From Chiloscyllium plagiosum (Eukaryota): a stretch of DNA of 64,000 bases. A model generated the notes under the pieces. The model saw only the letters and a list, made by a program, of their open reading frames with translations. It did no database searches and was not told the origin of the DNA. Below are positions 50,130-61,712 of this stretch, piece by piece (position 1 is the stretch's first letter; each line of letters opens with the position of its first letter). The stretch lies in contig NC_057719.1 of NCBI RefSeq assembly GCF_004010195.1, forward strand, positions 18,042,476 through 18,106,475. The letters are read 5' to 3'. A program made the position numbers and the translations under genes.

Positions 50130-50430
50130 TAATAAGACTACAATGTTTGAACTTTTAGCTTTACTTCTTTAGTTTTCAACTTAATATTAAGAAGGACTGT
50201 AACATTTAACTTTTAACTTTATTTCTTTTTTTTACACTATACTAAGAATGACTGTAATGTTGAATTTTTAACTTTGTTCTTTATTCTACTTACTTTGTTC
50301 CTAAGTTTTTGTATGCAGATACTTGTACCTCAAATGGCGCTGTGTGTGGCGACATTGAAAACTTTTCATTGGACTCTTGTGCTTTTGTACTTGAGTAAAT
50401 GTGACAATAAAATATGAATCTAAATCTAAC
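50130..50430 (+). mobile_element. LINE 3' UTR (Rex1/Babar-like) with ~56-bp tandem subrepeats
   Basis: Three copies of TAAGAA(T/G)GACTGTAA...TTTTAACTTT; ends GTGACAATAAAA...(ATCTAA)n. Confidence 0.5.
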
Positions 50431-50439
50431 ATTCTGTTA

Positions 50440-50792
50440 TAGATTCGCTTCTTGCATGCATCAGGAAAGATGCACGAATGTTATCTTTCAAAGAGGACAA
50501 CCATTTATACAGCAGGAGGAAAGGGTACTGATTGGTCTGTAAGTCGACTCTTAGAGCTAAGTCATATCCAGGTATTGAATCCTTTTTGAATTAAACAAAA
50601 TATAGTAGACAGTAGCTTCCTAGTGCATTCTCCATGGCAATACCTCAACCAATGATAGTCTAATTTGTCAACCAATCAGCATCGCATTCTCATGTGGTAC
50701 ATATTACTGCTCCCTTTGAAATTTAGCACTTTTACATCATGACAAATGAAAGGCAAAAAAAGCTTTGTTAGCATGTCTCTTTTCTCAGCAAT
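50440..50792. repeat. Ancient fold-back element (possible fifth PLE-like family)
   Basis: 50445-50550 and 50655-50765 are diverged reverse complements (TTTCAAAG..., CTGATTGGT / ACCAATCAG, ...CTTTGAAA). Confidence 0.6.
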
Positions 50793-51290
50793 AAACTTGT
50801 CTTTCCTGTAAGCTCTAAAAACTTAAATAATCAAGAGTAAAACGGGAGTGGCTAAAAGTTCAAACATTGCATTCTTTCTTAATATGCCAACACCATGGGC
50901 TTGTAAGTACCTTACAAGACATCTTGAGGTACAGTTAAGAAAAATAATAATGGTATGGTTGATGGAGCAATAGAGACAGGTTGGGACAGCATAATGAAAG
51001 TTAGGTGGAGAAGATAGATTTTGAAAAAGTTTGCTGTCAAGGAGGACAGAGAATTAGAGAGGCTCAGAGGTTTATTTTGGGTATTCAATTAGTAAGACTG
51101 AGATTTCTGGACATTCTGTCATGAATGGTAAAATAAAACAGTAGAGGTAATGCACCCCTGGAGTCAGAAGGAATGATGGTGCAGAAGGGGATGTAGAAAG
51201 TGGCAGAAGTAGGCTATAGACAGCTCTGTTCTGGAAAGATTGAGGTTTATGAAGTATGAACCCTGGAAGATCAATGAGAAAGAGGATATG

Positions 51291-51526
51291 GGGCTGGACT
51301 TTACACACCCCACCACGCATGTTTTCAGTAGTGACCATAAAATTAGGTTAGGTGGCTGGCTTACCACCTTCCCATACATTGCTAAAGCTCATCTCCATAA
51401 TTCGCTAAAAGTCTAAGCTCTGAAATGAGTTGCCCACCTGCCATGCTTAAATAATCAATGATCAGTTAAGTTACTAAATACACCCTCTTCCCATCATCCT
51501 CACCAACCCCATGTAAAATCAAGCCC
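51291..51526. mobile_element. MITE with 15-bp TIRs (PIF/Harbinger-like ends)
   Basis: GGGCTGGACTTTACA (51291-51305) vs TGTAAAATCAAGCCC (51512-51526), 13/15 complementary. No clear TSD. Confidence 0.55.
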
Positions 51527-52274
51527 TTTGTTTCTAGCCCCAATGGGAGGTACGAGCACACTGTGAAATAGAATCTTTTGCTGGGATTCCCAGACATTGC
51601 TGCATGAGAAATCCTCTCGGCTGATCGCCATGTGGTTTGAGGCTGTCTGCAACATGTACTGTAATCTTTCTCTTCCAGAATGGGGATCTGCTTAGTCTGG
51701 CATGTTGTCCTTGTCTTAAATATGATGTAGTTAGCATGTTAGCAACTAAGTACAGTTTACACTTGTGTGATAGACATTGTTACAGAGACGATAAGAGAAC
51801 CTGGGAGGTAGGTATTATGCCTTCAAGATTCTGAGTTATTCTCCCATAAAGTCTGAACGACATTATGATGAGTGGTGCTTAAGGCAATCCACTCCATTAA
51901 CCTTTCACACCGTTGCACAATTCTCAACAACAATCAGTGGAAACTCCAATGCAAAGGCAGATAAGGCTTCAGTTTGGTATCACATATGAGAAGCTGTTCC
52001 TCTGTCAGTGCAGCAATCCCTCAGTGCTGCACTGTGGCATTAGTCTTGGTTACATGCTCAGGTTAAGCAGTCATTATAATAGATCAGTAGAATCCCACAT
52101 GATGCATGTTTCTTGAGACTTCAGTACAGTATTGTGAAAGCAAAAAAATGTGAAAATCTGTAAAACTAAAATAAGAATAAAGGAAAATGTTGGAGTTGTG
52201 CAGCAGATCCATGCGCATTTGTGAAGAGAAGAGACAAATTAATAACTAGATGAAAATATTGCATTGTGACTCAA

Positions 52275-52610
52275 AAGCTGAGCGTTGAGGCAATGCTACA
52301 TGTTCAGAGTTGTCATTCTTCATTTGAGACAATAAACCAAGGAACTGACTGATCCAGTGATTAAGGTGGGCCTCATGGATCTTGTGGCACTATTCAGGGA
52401 AGGGAGCCAATATTACATCCTAAACCAAATTCACCATCAAGCACATTACCTTACCATACACCTCATGGCCTTTTGGGGAAAACATGTACAATATGGCTCT
52501 TGAATGAATCTGCTCCTGAATTAACACTGATCCAAGCTTCAAACTACTCAAAATGTGTCCTTTGAAACTTTTCTAAGAAGCAATATAATGTTTGGTAATT
52601 GCAAGCTTTT
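52275..52610 (+). mobile_element. Ancient Deu-domain SINE relic (SacSINE1/AmnSINE1-like)
   Basis: TTGAGACAATAAACCAAGG...AGGTGG...GATCTTGTGGCACTATTC...GCCAATATT resembles the DeuSINE core as I recall it. Further fragments near 27310-27400, 32900-33120, 51990-52065 and 61920-62070. Confidence 0.55.
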
Positions 52611-53379
52611 TTGTGTGTTTCTGTTCTCTCATTCGTAAAAGGTCTATTGAGCTGTCTCATTGCTATCATGTCCTCACATGGCTTTCAGAGTTAATTTACT
52701 CCATATGCCGAATCCCTTTGTATTACAGAACTCCATGAAACTGCCTTATTGTCTCGTTTTAAAATTACATTCCCTGGCTTTTGAAACCTTCATAAACTTG
52801 AACAATTTGTCCAGATCAGTTTTACTAATTTCTGCTCTGATCTTGAAAACTTTTTATTAAATCACTTCAAGTTCAATGCATCCTGTTTTTAACCTTAGTA
52901 TTTTTCTTGGGTTCTCTGAAGTGTTGCTTCTTCCTCATTTCCGTTTGGTACACGATTCTCTCTTCTTCAATTCCAGCAGAGACAAAGCCAGCCTCATTAA
53001 TAAAGGTCAAACGATTCATTTGCAACTGTTAAGGTGGTGAGTTATCCACTCTCCTATCACATTACATGAGTTAGCATTATAGATAATGTGCCATCTGAAA
53101 GAGTATGGTGTTGATAGACCAGTGGTAAGTGTTCATATTTACCATCAAAAGTGATCAACCTGTCACCCCATACAGACCACTTGCCTCAAATTTTAAGTCC
53201 ACTCCATTGTGTTTGCCAGAGATATTTTCAAACGATATAATAATGTTGCAAAAATGATAAATGGCCCAACATAAATGCACATGCATGTAATGTGGGATGT
53301 ATGATTGAAGCAAACGAAATGGGAGAGAATTAAGCAGCCAGAGTCTAAATGAATAGTTTTAAATCTGGTGCAAACATCT

Positions 53380-53729
53380 TCATAGAATCTCTATAGTGTG
53401 GAAGCAGGCCATTCGGCCCATCGAATCCACACTGATCCTCTGAAAAGTATCCCACTCAGACCCACACTTTATCCCTGTAACCTTGCATTTCCAATGGTTA
53501 ATCCACCTAGCCTGCACATCCCTGAACACTACAGACAATTTAACATGACCAATTCACCTAACCTGCACATCTTCAGACTGTGGGAGGATACCGGAGCACC
53601 CAGAGGAAACCCATGCAGACATATGGAGAATGTGCAAACTCCACACAGACAGTCACCTGAGGGTGAAATTGAATTGAGGTCCCAGGAATTGTGAGGTAGA
53701 AGTGCTAACCACTGAGCCACTGTGCCACA
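53380..53729 (-). mobile_element. HE1-like V-SINE, full length
   Basis: Head GTGGCACAGTGGCTCAGTGGTTAGCACT on the minus strand, V-domain, and GATTCTATGA tail. Confidence 0.92.
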
Positions 53730-53882
53730 CTGTAGCACATAAGCATTCTTACAGCCTTTGTTTTAAGAAGGCAGTGACCAATTTAAAATTGATAGCTAAC
53801 TTTGATATTCTGATGAGTACTGAAAATGCCATGGCATTGAATGTTATGAACCAAGTGTATGGGATGATTATAGTCGGGTGTT

Positions 53883-54186
53883 AGTGAGCTTTGAGAAGAT
53901 TTGTAGCTTAAGTTGAGGTTCTGGATGTGGGTTTACTCGCTGAGCTGGAAGGTTCATTTCCAGACATTTCGTCTCCTTACTAGGTAACATTTTCAGTGGG
54001 CCTCAGACGAAGCACTGCTGAAAATTCCTGCTTTCTATTTGTATGTTTTTAAAATATATTTACATATAAATAGAAAGCAGGAATTTTCAGCAGTGCTTCG
54101 CCTGTGGCCCACTGAAGGTGTTACCTAGTAGGGTGACAAAACGTCTGGAAATGAACCTTCCAGCTCAGCAAGCAAACCTACATCCA
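53883..54186. mobile_element. Fold-back dimer of the family D Penelope pLTR (two degenerate hammerhead motifs)
   Basis: Arms 53922-54046 and 54062-54186 are reverse complements and match 57431-57590. Degenerate TSD TAGT(CG/TT)GGTGTT (53871-53882, 54187-54198). Confidence 0.9.
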
Positions 54187-55169
54187 TAGTTTGGTGTTTC
54201 TTTGTCAGCACTGTTACGATGTGCTAAAGGGCCTGTTTCTTGCTGTACAACTCTATGACCCTTTGACTAAAATTGTAGAAAATAGAACATCATGGAAACA
54301 ATAAAATGATACAATTTCACTACATGGAAGTAACTAATCATTCAAAAATACAAGGCTCAGATGCAGTTCACAGGTTCTGAATTTATGATTGCAAAGCTGA
54401 CCAAACCCAGAACAGAAACAGGAAAGACAAGAAGCATCCACATGCTACACTCGCACAAGCCACGTCATAAAAATGTGCAATGGCTTTATTAGGTTATATA
54501 GACATATGCAAACACTTGGGAAAAAAGGCAAACTTTAAACAATTGCATTTTGTTTATTGCCATTCATAACATGGTAGTGTGGGAATTGTAGCTGGCAGTT
54601 TTTAATGGAGTGAAAAAGAGACAAAATGTTTAAGAAACAGAACTACACAGGATTATTTCCATCTATACCAGCAGGGACAGCACAACCCCCACTCCCCCCC
54701 AATTCAAACAGAGCAAGGGTTGGAGTTTGAGCTTCAGTACTGTGGTACTGATCATTTGACCTGCCTGCCCTTCACACACAGTTCCCCCTGGGAGTATGGG
54801 ACTAGTGACTATCCCCTTGTGTGTGGTATGCAACTGTTTGTTTAGTTCAGTTTGGTGATGTCATTGGTAATTAAATCATATGCTAATTAATCACAGAACA
54901 GCAGCTTTCAACAGAGAACCACCAAGTTGGAAACGAAGAGTTCTCTATTCAATACATCAGTGGACTTTGAGGGGCAAGATACCTCTCCCAAGTAATAGGA
55001 GCCCAAGCCTCAACTAGGTCAGGTGATACCATAAGGTCAAATCTTTATCTCATACTTTGACCAAAGGGAGTCTCAGCCTGTAAAATCTATCCTGAGTTTC
55101 GCAGTTATAATGGTAGAGAATTGTAGGCAAAGTTTATTATGAGTTTTTGCTTACAGCATTCTTTTAATC

Positions 55170-55372
55170 GTAGAATCCCTACAATATGGAAGCAGACCAT
55201 TCAGCCCATCAAGTCCACACTGACCCTCCAAAGAGCTTCCCACCCCTCTACCCTATCACCTTGTATGGGGAGAACATGCAAATTTCACACAGATAGTTCC
55301 CCAAGGCTAGAATCAAACCTATGTCCTTAGCACTGCTGAAGCAGCAGTGCGAACCACTGGGCCCCAGTGCCA
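55170..55372 (-). mobile_element. HE1-like SINE, internally deleted
   Basis: GGGAGAACATGCAAATTTCACACAGA and GCAGCAGTGCGAACCACTG match 53380-53729. Confidence 0.8.
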
Positions 55373-55824
55373 GCCACCACACTGCCCAAGTATGTTAGCA
55401 TCTTCTGGCAGAGTCACTCAATCATTAAATCTACAGGTAATGGAATCACTATTTCAAAGAAATTTTTGTTTCATTTAAAAAACAACCTTTGTTTGCCATG
55501 GGAGAGCAAGTTTCTTTTACCTTGCCATGGTTTTAGTGTTGCTGTTGATCCATGTCTTTGAACAAAGGATATCAGTTTAACAATGTCTCCAATAAGAACC
55601 CAGCTCCTGGGATTTTCCACTGGGTGATGGATACAGTCTTACAGTGACTATTCCCCACCACTGTTACTTAAAATAAACAAAATCCTTCAAACCAATAGTT
55701 TGTTGCTTTGGTCCTTAAAATAAAAAGTTTTTCCAGGAGTAAACAGAGAGAAAAGAAATTAATTTGAACAATCAATGGTCAACCAGGAAAACATTTTTAT
55801 TTAATGTCTTCAAATCCCAGATGG

Positions 55825-56150
55825 AGAATGAGGTGATCTCAGAGAAACAGAGGTCTTGACCAAATAGGTATGAAGAGGCTATTTTCCTGGTTGCAGGGCT
55901 TAAAATTAGGGGACAAAGTTTTAGGGCAATCTATCAGCCACTGAGGGGTGAGACAAGATGAAATTTCTTCACTCACAGATGTTGAATCTTTGTTCTACAT
56001 CATTTAAAGCTCAGATTGATTGATTTTTGATCTGGCATGAAAGCAGGGAATGTGCAGAATAGGCAGGAAAGTGAAGGTAAGGTACAAGTTCAGCTGTAAT
56101 CTGACTGACAGACACAAATTAGAGTCTACTTTTCATTTTATTTTTATGTG
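55825..56150 (+). mobile_element. Old CR1 3' fragment
   Basis: GAGGTGATCTCAGAGAAAC...AGGGGACAAAG...AATTTCTTCACTCACAG (RGDL.E, RG, NFFT.R). Confidence 0.6.
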
Positions 56151-56794
56151 CCTATAGTCTTTATTTTACAAAAATGTAACATCGTTTTCTGTTGAAGTAT
56201 TGTGTTTAATTCTTTTTAAACTTGGAAGACAAAATGGTTAAAGAACACTTCCCTTAAAATTGTTTTTTGAAGACATGGAGTGAACTAAGGCAGTAATTCT
56301 CCTGCTAACTACTGATTGCCCCATGTCACTTGCTGCATTACTAGAAAAGTATGGGAACCAAGTGACAGAGTTGGCACTTGTTCGTCAAACCTATCACTCA
56401 GTGGTATTACCATATGAAGCAGGGAAAAAGAAAATTGCTGGAATATCTTCATTACAATGTGTAAAGTAACATTGCACAAGAATTATTTAATGTTTCCAGC
56501 ACAAGAGGCAGATTTAGTCTATTGTGTCTGTGCTGGTTTTCTGAAGAATACCTCACCGAGTCCCACTCCTCCACCTTTCTCGGTAGACCTGCACATGATT
56601 TCACTGCAGATTTAGTTCTTTCAACCAACACCTCAATCAAGTCTACCTTTCTCACATCTCAGTACCTAACCACATACTACATAAACAGACTTGATTCATG
56701 ACACTGTTGCTACTTCTGTGAATCACTTTAAGCTATTAAGCTCTGCTTACTAATCTTCCAACCAGCTTCTCCCTATCTAGTCTGTCTTGATCTT

Positions 56795-57002
56795 TTTTAA
56801 AATTCACTCATGGGATGTGGCCTTTGCTGACTAGACCAAAATTTATTGTCCATCCAGAGTTGGCCTTGACAAGGTGGTGGTGAGCTGCCTTCTTGTACTG
56901 GTGCAGTCCATGTGCTGTAGGAACCCAGGATGCTGCTAGGGAGGGAACTCCAGGTTTTTAACCCCATGACAGTGAATGAACAGTGATATATTTCCAAGGC
57001 AG
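56795..57002 (-). mobile_element. L2/CR1-superfamily LINE 3' tail
   Basis: Reverse complement of the 9590-9775 sequence. Confidence 0.8.
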
Positions 57003-57007
57003 GAAAC

Positions 57008-57430
57008 ATTGTAATTGTACCCACATTCACCACTTTCATTCGATATGTGAACCACCCTCTGTGTAAAAGAATTTCCTCAAATGTCTTTATTATATTTTTC
57101 TCTTTTCACCTTAAAAATGTGTCCCTTAGCCTTGAAACCCCCCCATCTTCATTAAAAGACAGCTACCATTGACTATACCTCTCATTATTTTATAAACTTC
57201 TATCAGGAGATTGCCTCTCAACCTCCTACACTCCAGTGAGAAAAAGTCCCAGCCTATCCAGCCTTTCTTCATAAGTTAAACCTTCCCTATCCAGCAACAT
57301 CCTGGTAAATCTATTCTGAACCCTTTCCAGCTTGATACTATCGTTCCTATAATTGGCAACCTGAACTAGACACAGTATTCCAGAAGAAGCCTCACCAATG
57401 TCCTGTACAACTTCAGCATCCCAACTTGAC
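57008..57430 (-). mobile_element. CR1 fragment (CR1-like sequence also at 58360-58560)
   Basis: CAACATCCTGGTAAATCTATTCTGAACCCTTTCCAGCTT = KLERVQNRFTRML on the minus strand. Confidence 0.85.
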
Positions 57431-58340
57431 TAGTTTTGAGAAGATTTGTAGCTCAGGTTGAGGTTCCGGATGTAGGTTTTCTCGCTGAGCTGGAAGGTTC
57501 ATTTTCAGACGTTTCGTCACCATACTAGGTAACATGTTCAGTGAGCCTCCAGATGAAGCATTGTTGATGATTCATGCTTTCTATTTATATGTTTGGGTTT
57601 CTTTGGGTTGGTGATGTCATTTCCTATGGTGATGTCATTTCCTGTTCTTTTTCTCAAGGGGTAGTAAATTGGGTCCAAGTCAATATGTTTGTTGATAGAG
57701 TTCCGGTTGGAATGCCATGTTTCTAGGAACTCTCGTGTATGTCTCTGTTTGGTTTGTCCTAGGATGGTTGTGTTGTCCCAGTCGAAGTGGTGTCCTTCTG
57801 CATCTGTATGTAAGGATATTAGTGAGAGAGGGTCATGTTGTTTTGTGGCTAGTTGATGTTCATGTATTCTGGTGGCTAGTTTTCTACCTGTTTGTCCAAT
57901 GTTGTGTTGTTACAGTCCTTGCACGGTATTTTGTAAATGACATTAGTTTTGCTTGTTGTCTGTATTGGGTCTTTCAAGTTCATTATCTGCTATTTTAGTG
58001 TTTTGGTGGGTTTGTGGGCTACCAATGATGCCCAAGGGTCTGAGTAGTCTGGAAGTCATTTCCAATATGTCTTTGATGTAGGGGAGAGTGGTTAGGGTTT
58101 CTGGACATGTTTTGTCTGCTTGTTTGGGTTTGTTGCTGAGAAATCTGTGGACTGTGTTCATTGGGTACCCGTTCTTTTTGTATACACTATATAGGTGATT
58201 TTCTTCTGTTCTTCGTAGTTCCTCTGTGCTGCAGTGTGTGGTGGCTTGTTGGAATAATGTTCTAATGTGGCTCTGTTCGTGGATGTTGGTGGGGTGATTG
58301 CTTCTGTAGTTCAATATTTGGTCCATATGTATTGTTATCT
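57431..58340 (-). mobile_element. Penelope-like retroelement, 5'-truncated (RT thumb/linker, GIY-YIG endonuclease, family D pLTR)
   Basis: DQILNYRSNHP...KNGYP...LPYIKDI, then KTNVIYKIPCKDC / IGQTGRKLATRIHEH / REFLETWHS across frameshifts, then a terminal repeat with a hammerhead motif. Confidence 0.92.
57505..57544 (-). ncRNA. Hammerhead ribozyme motif in the family D pLTR (one core mutation)
   Basis: UCA-CUGAACA-U-GUUACC-uaguau-GGUGAC-GAAA-C-GUC/UGA. G8 is changed to C, so this copy is probably inactive. Confidence 0.6.
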
Positions 58341-60341
58341 ACAGGAAAGGTTAATCAAGGCCTCCTTGTTTCGTACTATATGTTCTGGTTTATAAAGGCT
58401 AGGATGTTGCGTGCTTTATTAACAGTTTTCTGAACGTGCCCTGCCACTTTCACACATTTCCACAGGTCTCCATTCCTGATCTTCTTATAGCATTGTATCC
58501 TTTATTTTCTGTTGCACTTCTTCATTATTCCCACCAAAATGAATCACTTCATGAAGCCCCATTGCACTCAGGTTAGTTGCCAGAATTGGATACTCTGAGA
58601 TATAATGTGAGGAAAAGACACATTTTATGTAATGTATGAAATGGCTTGAAGCAGTCATTGTGCTCATTAAGTTAAGAATGGTGCATGTGGAGATTTCCAT
58701 TGTTCAGTAGTGGCCTAACAGTGTGATTATATATCCATTCTGCCTAAATGAGCTTGGAAAGATGGTGGAATATTAAATCTTCAGAGCTTTCCTTGTGAAA
58801 TAATTTTCCTCCTATCAGAAAAAAAACAAGGCTTGGTAACCATTTTAAGTTTTCATGTTTCACTGGTCAACCGCAATTTTTCACTTTAGTGTAACTAGTA
58901 GCTTCACAAAAATACTGAACATTGTTGGAAAAGTAATACATTTGTAGCAGTCAACAGAGTATATTTTCAAATGAGCTAAACCAAACAAAAATACAGAACT
59001 CCTGAGAAACTGAAGCAAACCTTGTGGCAACCACAAACTAATTGCTAGTGAGGGAAATTGTAACTGTTACAAATTTTGAATATAAGAGGCAAATTTGCTT
59101 GTAACTGGTGCCAATTCCTTGTACTGTCTGCAAACTATTCATTACCGTTTTGGCAGAGGCTTTGCTGCTTCTGTTGTAATTCTGCCGCTCTCCGGAATGA
59201 GTGTCATCCCTTTGTCAGGGGGCCAAATAGCAGCTCCACCACTGAATACACTCTGTGTGCATTTTAACTGGACCCATTAACTGCCTATGCTTTCCTGAGA
59301 ATGAGCACTTTACTGAGCTCCCAGCTAAAATCACTGGCCTTTGAACAGCGAAGAGGGCAAGAGGAATCATCGGCATTGACTCGGTTTAGCTGTGGTAGGT
59401 TCTTGTCAAACGCACTTCTTCAGGACCGCCTCTGTGAAGTGCTATGCCCAGCAGGAGTGTGGAACGTAGTTGCTCTTTAATCGTGCTCCTGAGCTCATGT
59501 TCCTCACTTTTTAAAGGAGGGCTGAGTGCATCACATCAATGAGAAGAGCTAGCGCAGAACTTGGTTGCAGACTTTCTCCTGTGCCCTATGCTGAGCATGG
59601 TACCATATATTTTCTATATCTATATGTCATTTATTCTTTGTTTCTTGCTAGCATTAGCAGCTAATTGCTATCACAATTGTCTCCTTGCCACACAAATACG
59701 GAGACTATTCTTCTTGTTGAAATTATGAGTGTTCAATGTTAATGATATCAAACCATAAACACAGATGTTTTCAAGTTGCATTCCACAGTGCCATCAAAGG
59801 AAGCAATCTGTTGACATTCTCAGAGTCTAATGAACTACCAGCCCCAATATTATGACTAATGGCCAAAGCTATACATGTGCACATGCATGGGATTTATGAA
59901 TGTCGAAATTACAGTAGAAATCTGAACGTTATTTTCAAGATTCTGTGGCTGACATTAATGTCTTCTATTGCATAGGCTATTGAGAATAAATCTGTAACTC
60001 GCTGCCTGTTTCATACCAGCAACAAAGAGCTACCCAGGCAATCCCGATTTTAGTGCTTTGTGGAATTCTTTTTTTAAAGATTTGCTCAATCTCTGCCTGT
60101 GAACACCACTCACCTTTGGCTCTGATTGAACATCACCTCAAAATGAGGGCAAGGTGGTGAGAGCCATGGAAAGAAAGCTGAGAATCGGAGGATGGAGAAA
60201 GACTGGTCCTGTTCAAATTACCTTCCAACAATCAATTCTCAGAGAGTTAAAATGTTACTGCTCATCAGAAGGCCATTTGACTCATCGCATTTGTACCAAC
60301 TCTTTGGTAGAATCATTGGTTAATCCCACTCCCCTGCTCGC

Positions 60342-61712
60342 CTGTTGAGTTTCTGCCACACTCTCTGTTGTTCTTTCAAATTTCCAATGTCCGCAGTTAT
60401 TTGTGCTTACTGTACTGAAGTGTTGTTTAGGCTTCTGAAGCTGGGCCTGAACACTGAATTTCCTGACGTAGAATTAACGGTGTTACCAACATGGAGTGAA
60501 TGAGGACTGCAGATACTGGAGATCAGGGTCAAAAAGCACAGCAGGTCAGGCAGCATCTGAGGAGCAGGAGAGTCGACATTCTGGGCATAAGCCCTTCATC
60601 AAAATAGACAAGTTGGCAATACACGTCAACCAAAACAATTCCATGCCACATTCAAGGGTATTTGATACTTATTGCTATTTATTTAAAATCAAGGATTTAA
60701 ATCACAAGTTGATATAAAAAAGAGTATTTCCTCATGGCCCCTATGATTCTTTTCGCAATTACCTTGAGTTGAGGCTGGGCAGCAGCTAACTACAAGCACA
60801 ACTTGCTAGATTGCCAGTCCAATAAGATGTACCTTAGATGGCTTAAGGCAATGATTTCAAAATGCTATTGTATGGATCACACTGTCCCATCTGAAAATCT
60901 AGATACATTCCAAGCAACCACCCTGCCCTGGCATGTTTGCATGATGAAAAGCATAAAAACTTGGCTGACCAGAGAGAAATGGTGCATTTGGCAGAAACAA
61001 TTTGATAATAGTACATGAAGTGACAGAAATAAAAGCTAGCAAGTCACAGTCTGAAAATGGAAGGTAGAATTCTAACGGTATTGTACTAGTGCTGTGTGAT
61101 ATTCCTGGCCCAGTACTGACACACTGTAAACCCGTTGAGGATCCTTTTGGGATCTGCTCTGCAAAGCTAGTTTGAAAACCACAAAATCAATGAACTTAAA
61201 AAATGACGACTAGCTTTATTTTGTGTTTAAACCAAAAGGCTAATGATCCAGGGAAAGGATCATTTAATAGATTTTTTTTAATATAAGCTTGGAAGGACTT
61301 GCCTGCATTAACTAAATATCACACACATGTTATATTCAGCTCCAAACAACAGGCTATATAAAAAAAAGGATAGGCAGCAAACACCCCTAAATGTGGCATG
61401 GATTGTTTTAGTTGATTTGTATTGCCAACTTGTCTATGTTGGTGAAGAGCTTATGCCAAAATGTCGAATCTCCTGCTCCTCAGATGCTTCCTGACCTGCT
61501 GTGTTCTTCCGGTGCCACACCTTTTGACCCTGATCTCCAGTATCTGCAGTCCTCATTCCCTCCATGTTGGTAACACCGTTAGTTCTACATCAGGAAATTC
61601 AATGTTCAGGCCCACCTTCAGAAGTCTAACCAACGCTTCAGTACAGTAAGGACAAATAACTGTGGACATTGGAAATCTGAAAGAACAACAGAGTGTGGCA
61701 GAAACTCAACAG
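60342..61712. repeat. ~330-bp inverted duplication (arms 60342-60672 and 61370-61712, ~700-bp spacer)
   Basis: Unique sequence and an embedded family A element align in reverse complement, e.g. TAGACAAGTTGGCAATACA / TGTATTGCCAACTTGTCTA and AACGGTGTTACCAACATGGAG / CTCCATGTTGGTAACACCGTT. Confidence 0.92.
61444..61563 (+). mobile_element. Family A element (mirrored at 60493-60600 on the minus strand)
   Basis: GAAGAGCTTATGCCAAAATGTCGAATC... body; TSD ATGTTGGT (61436-61443, 61564-61571). Confidence 0.85.

Noticed and set aside
965..61563. Family A copies as a CRISPR-like array or as microRNA precursors
   Set aside because: Copies are dispersed with individual TSDs and no regular spacers; the hairpins are explained by inverted pLTR fragments.
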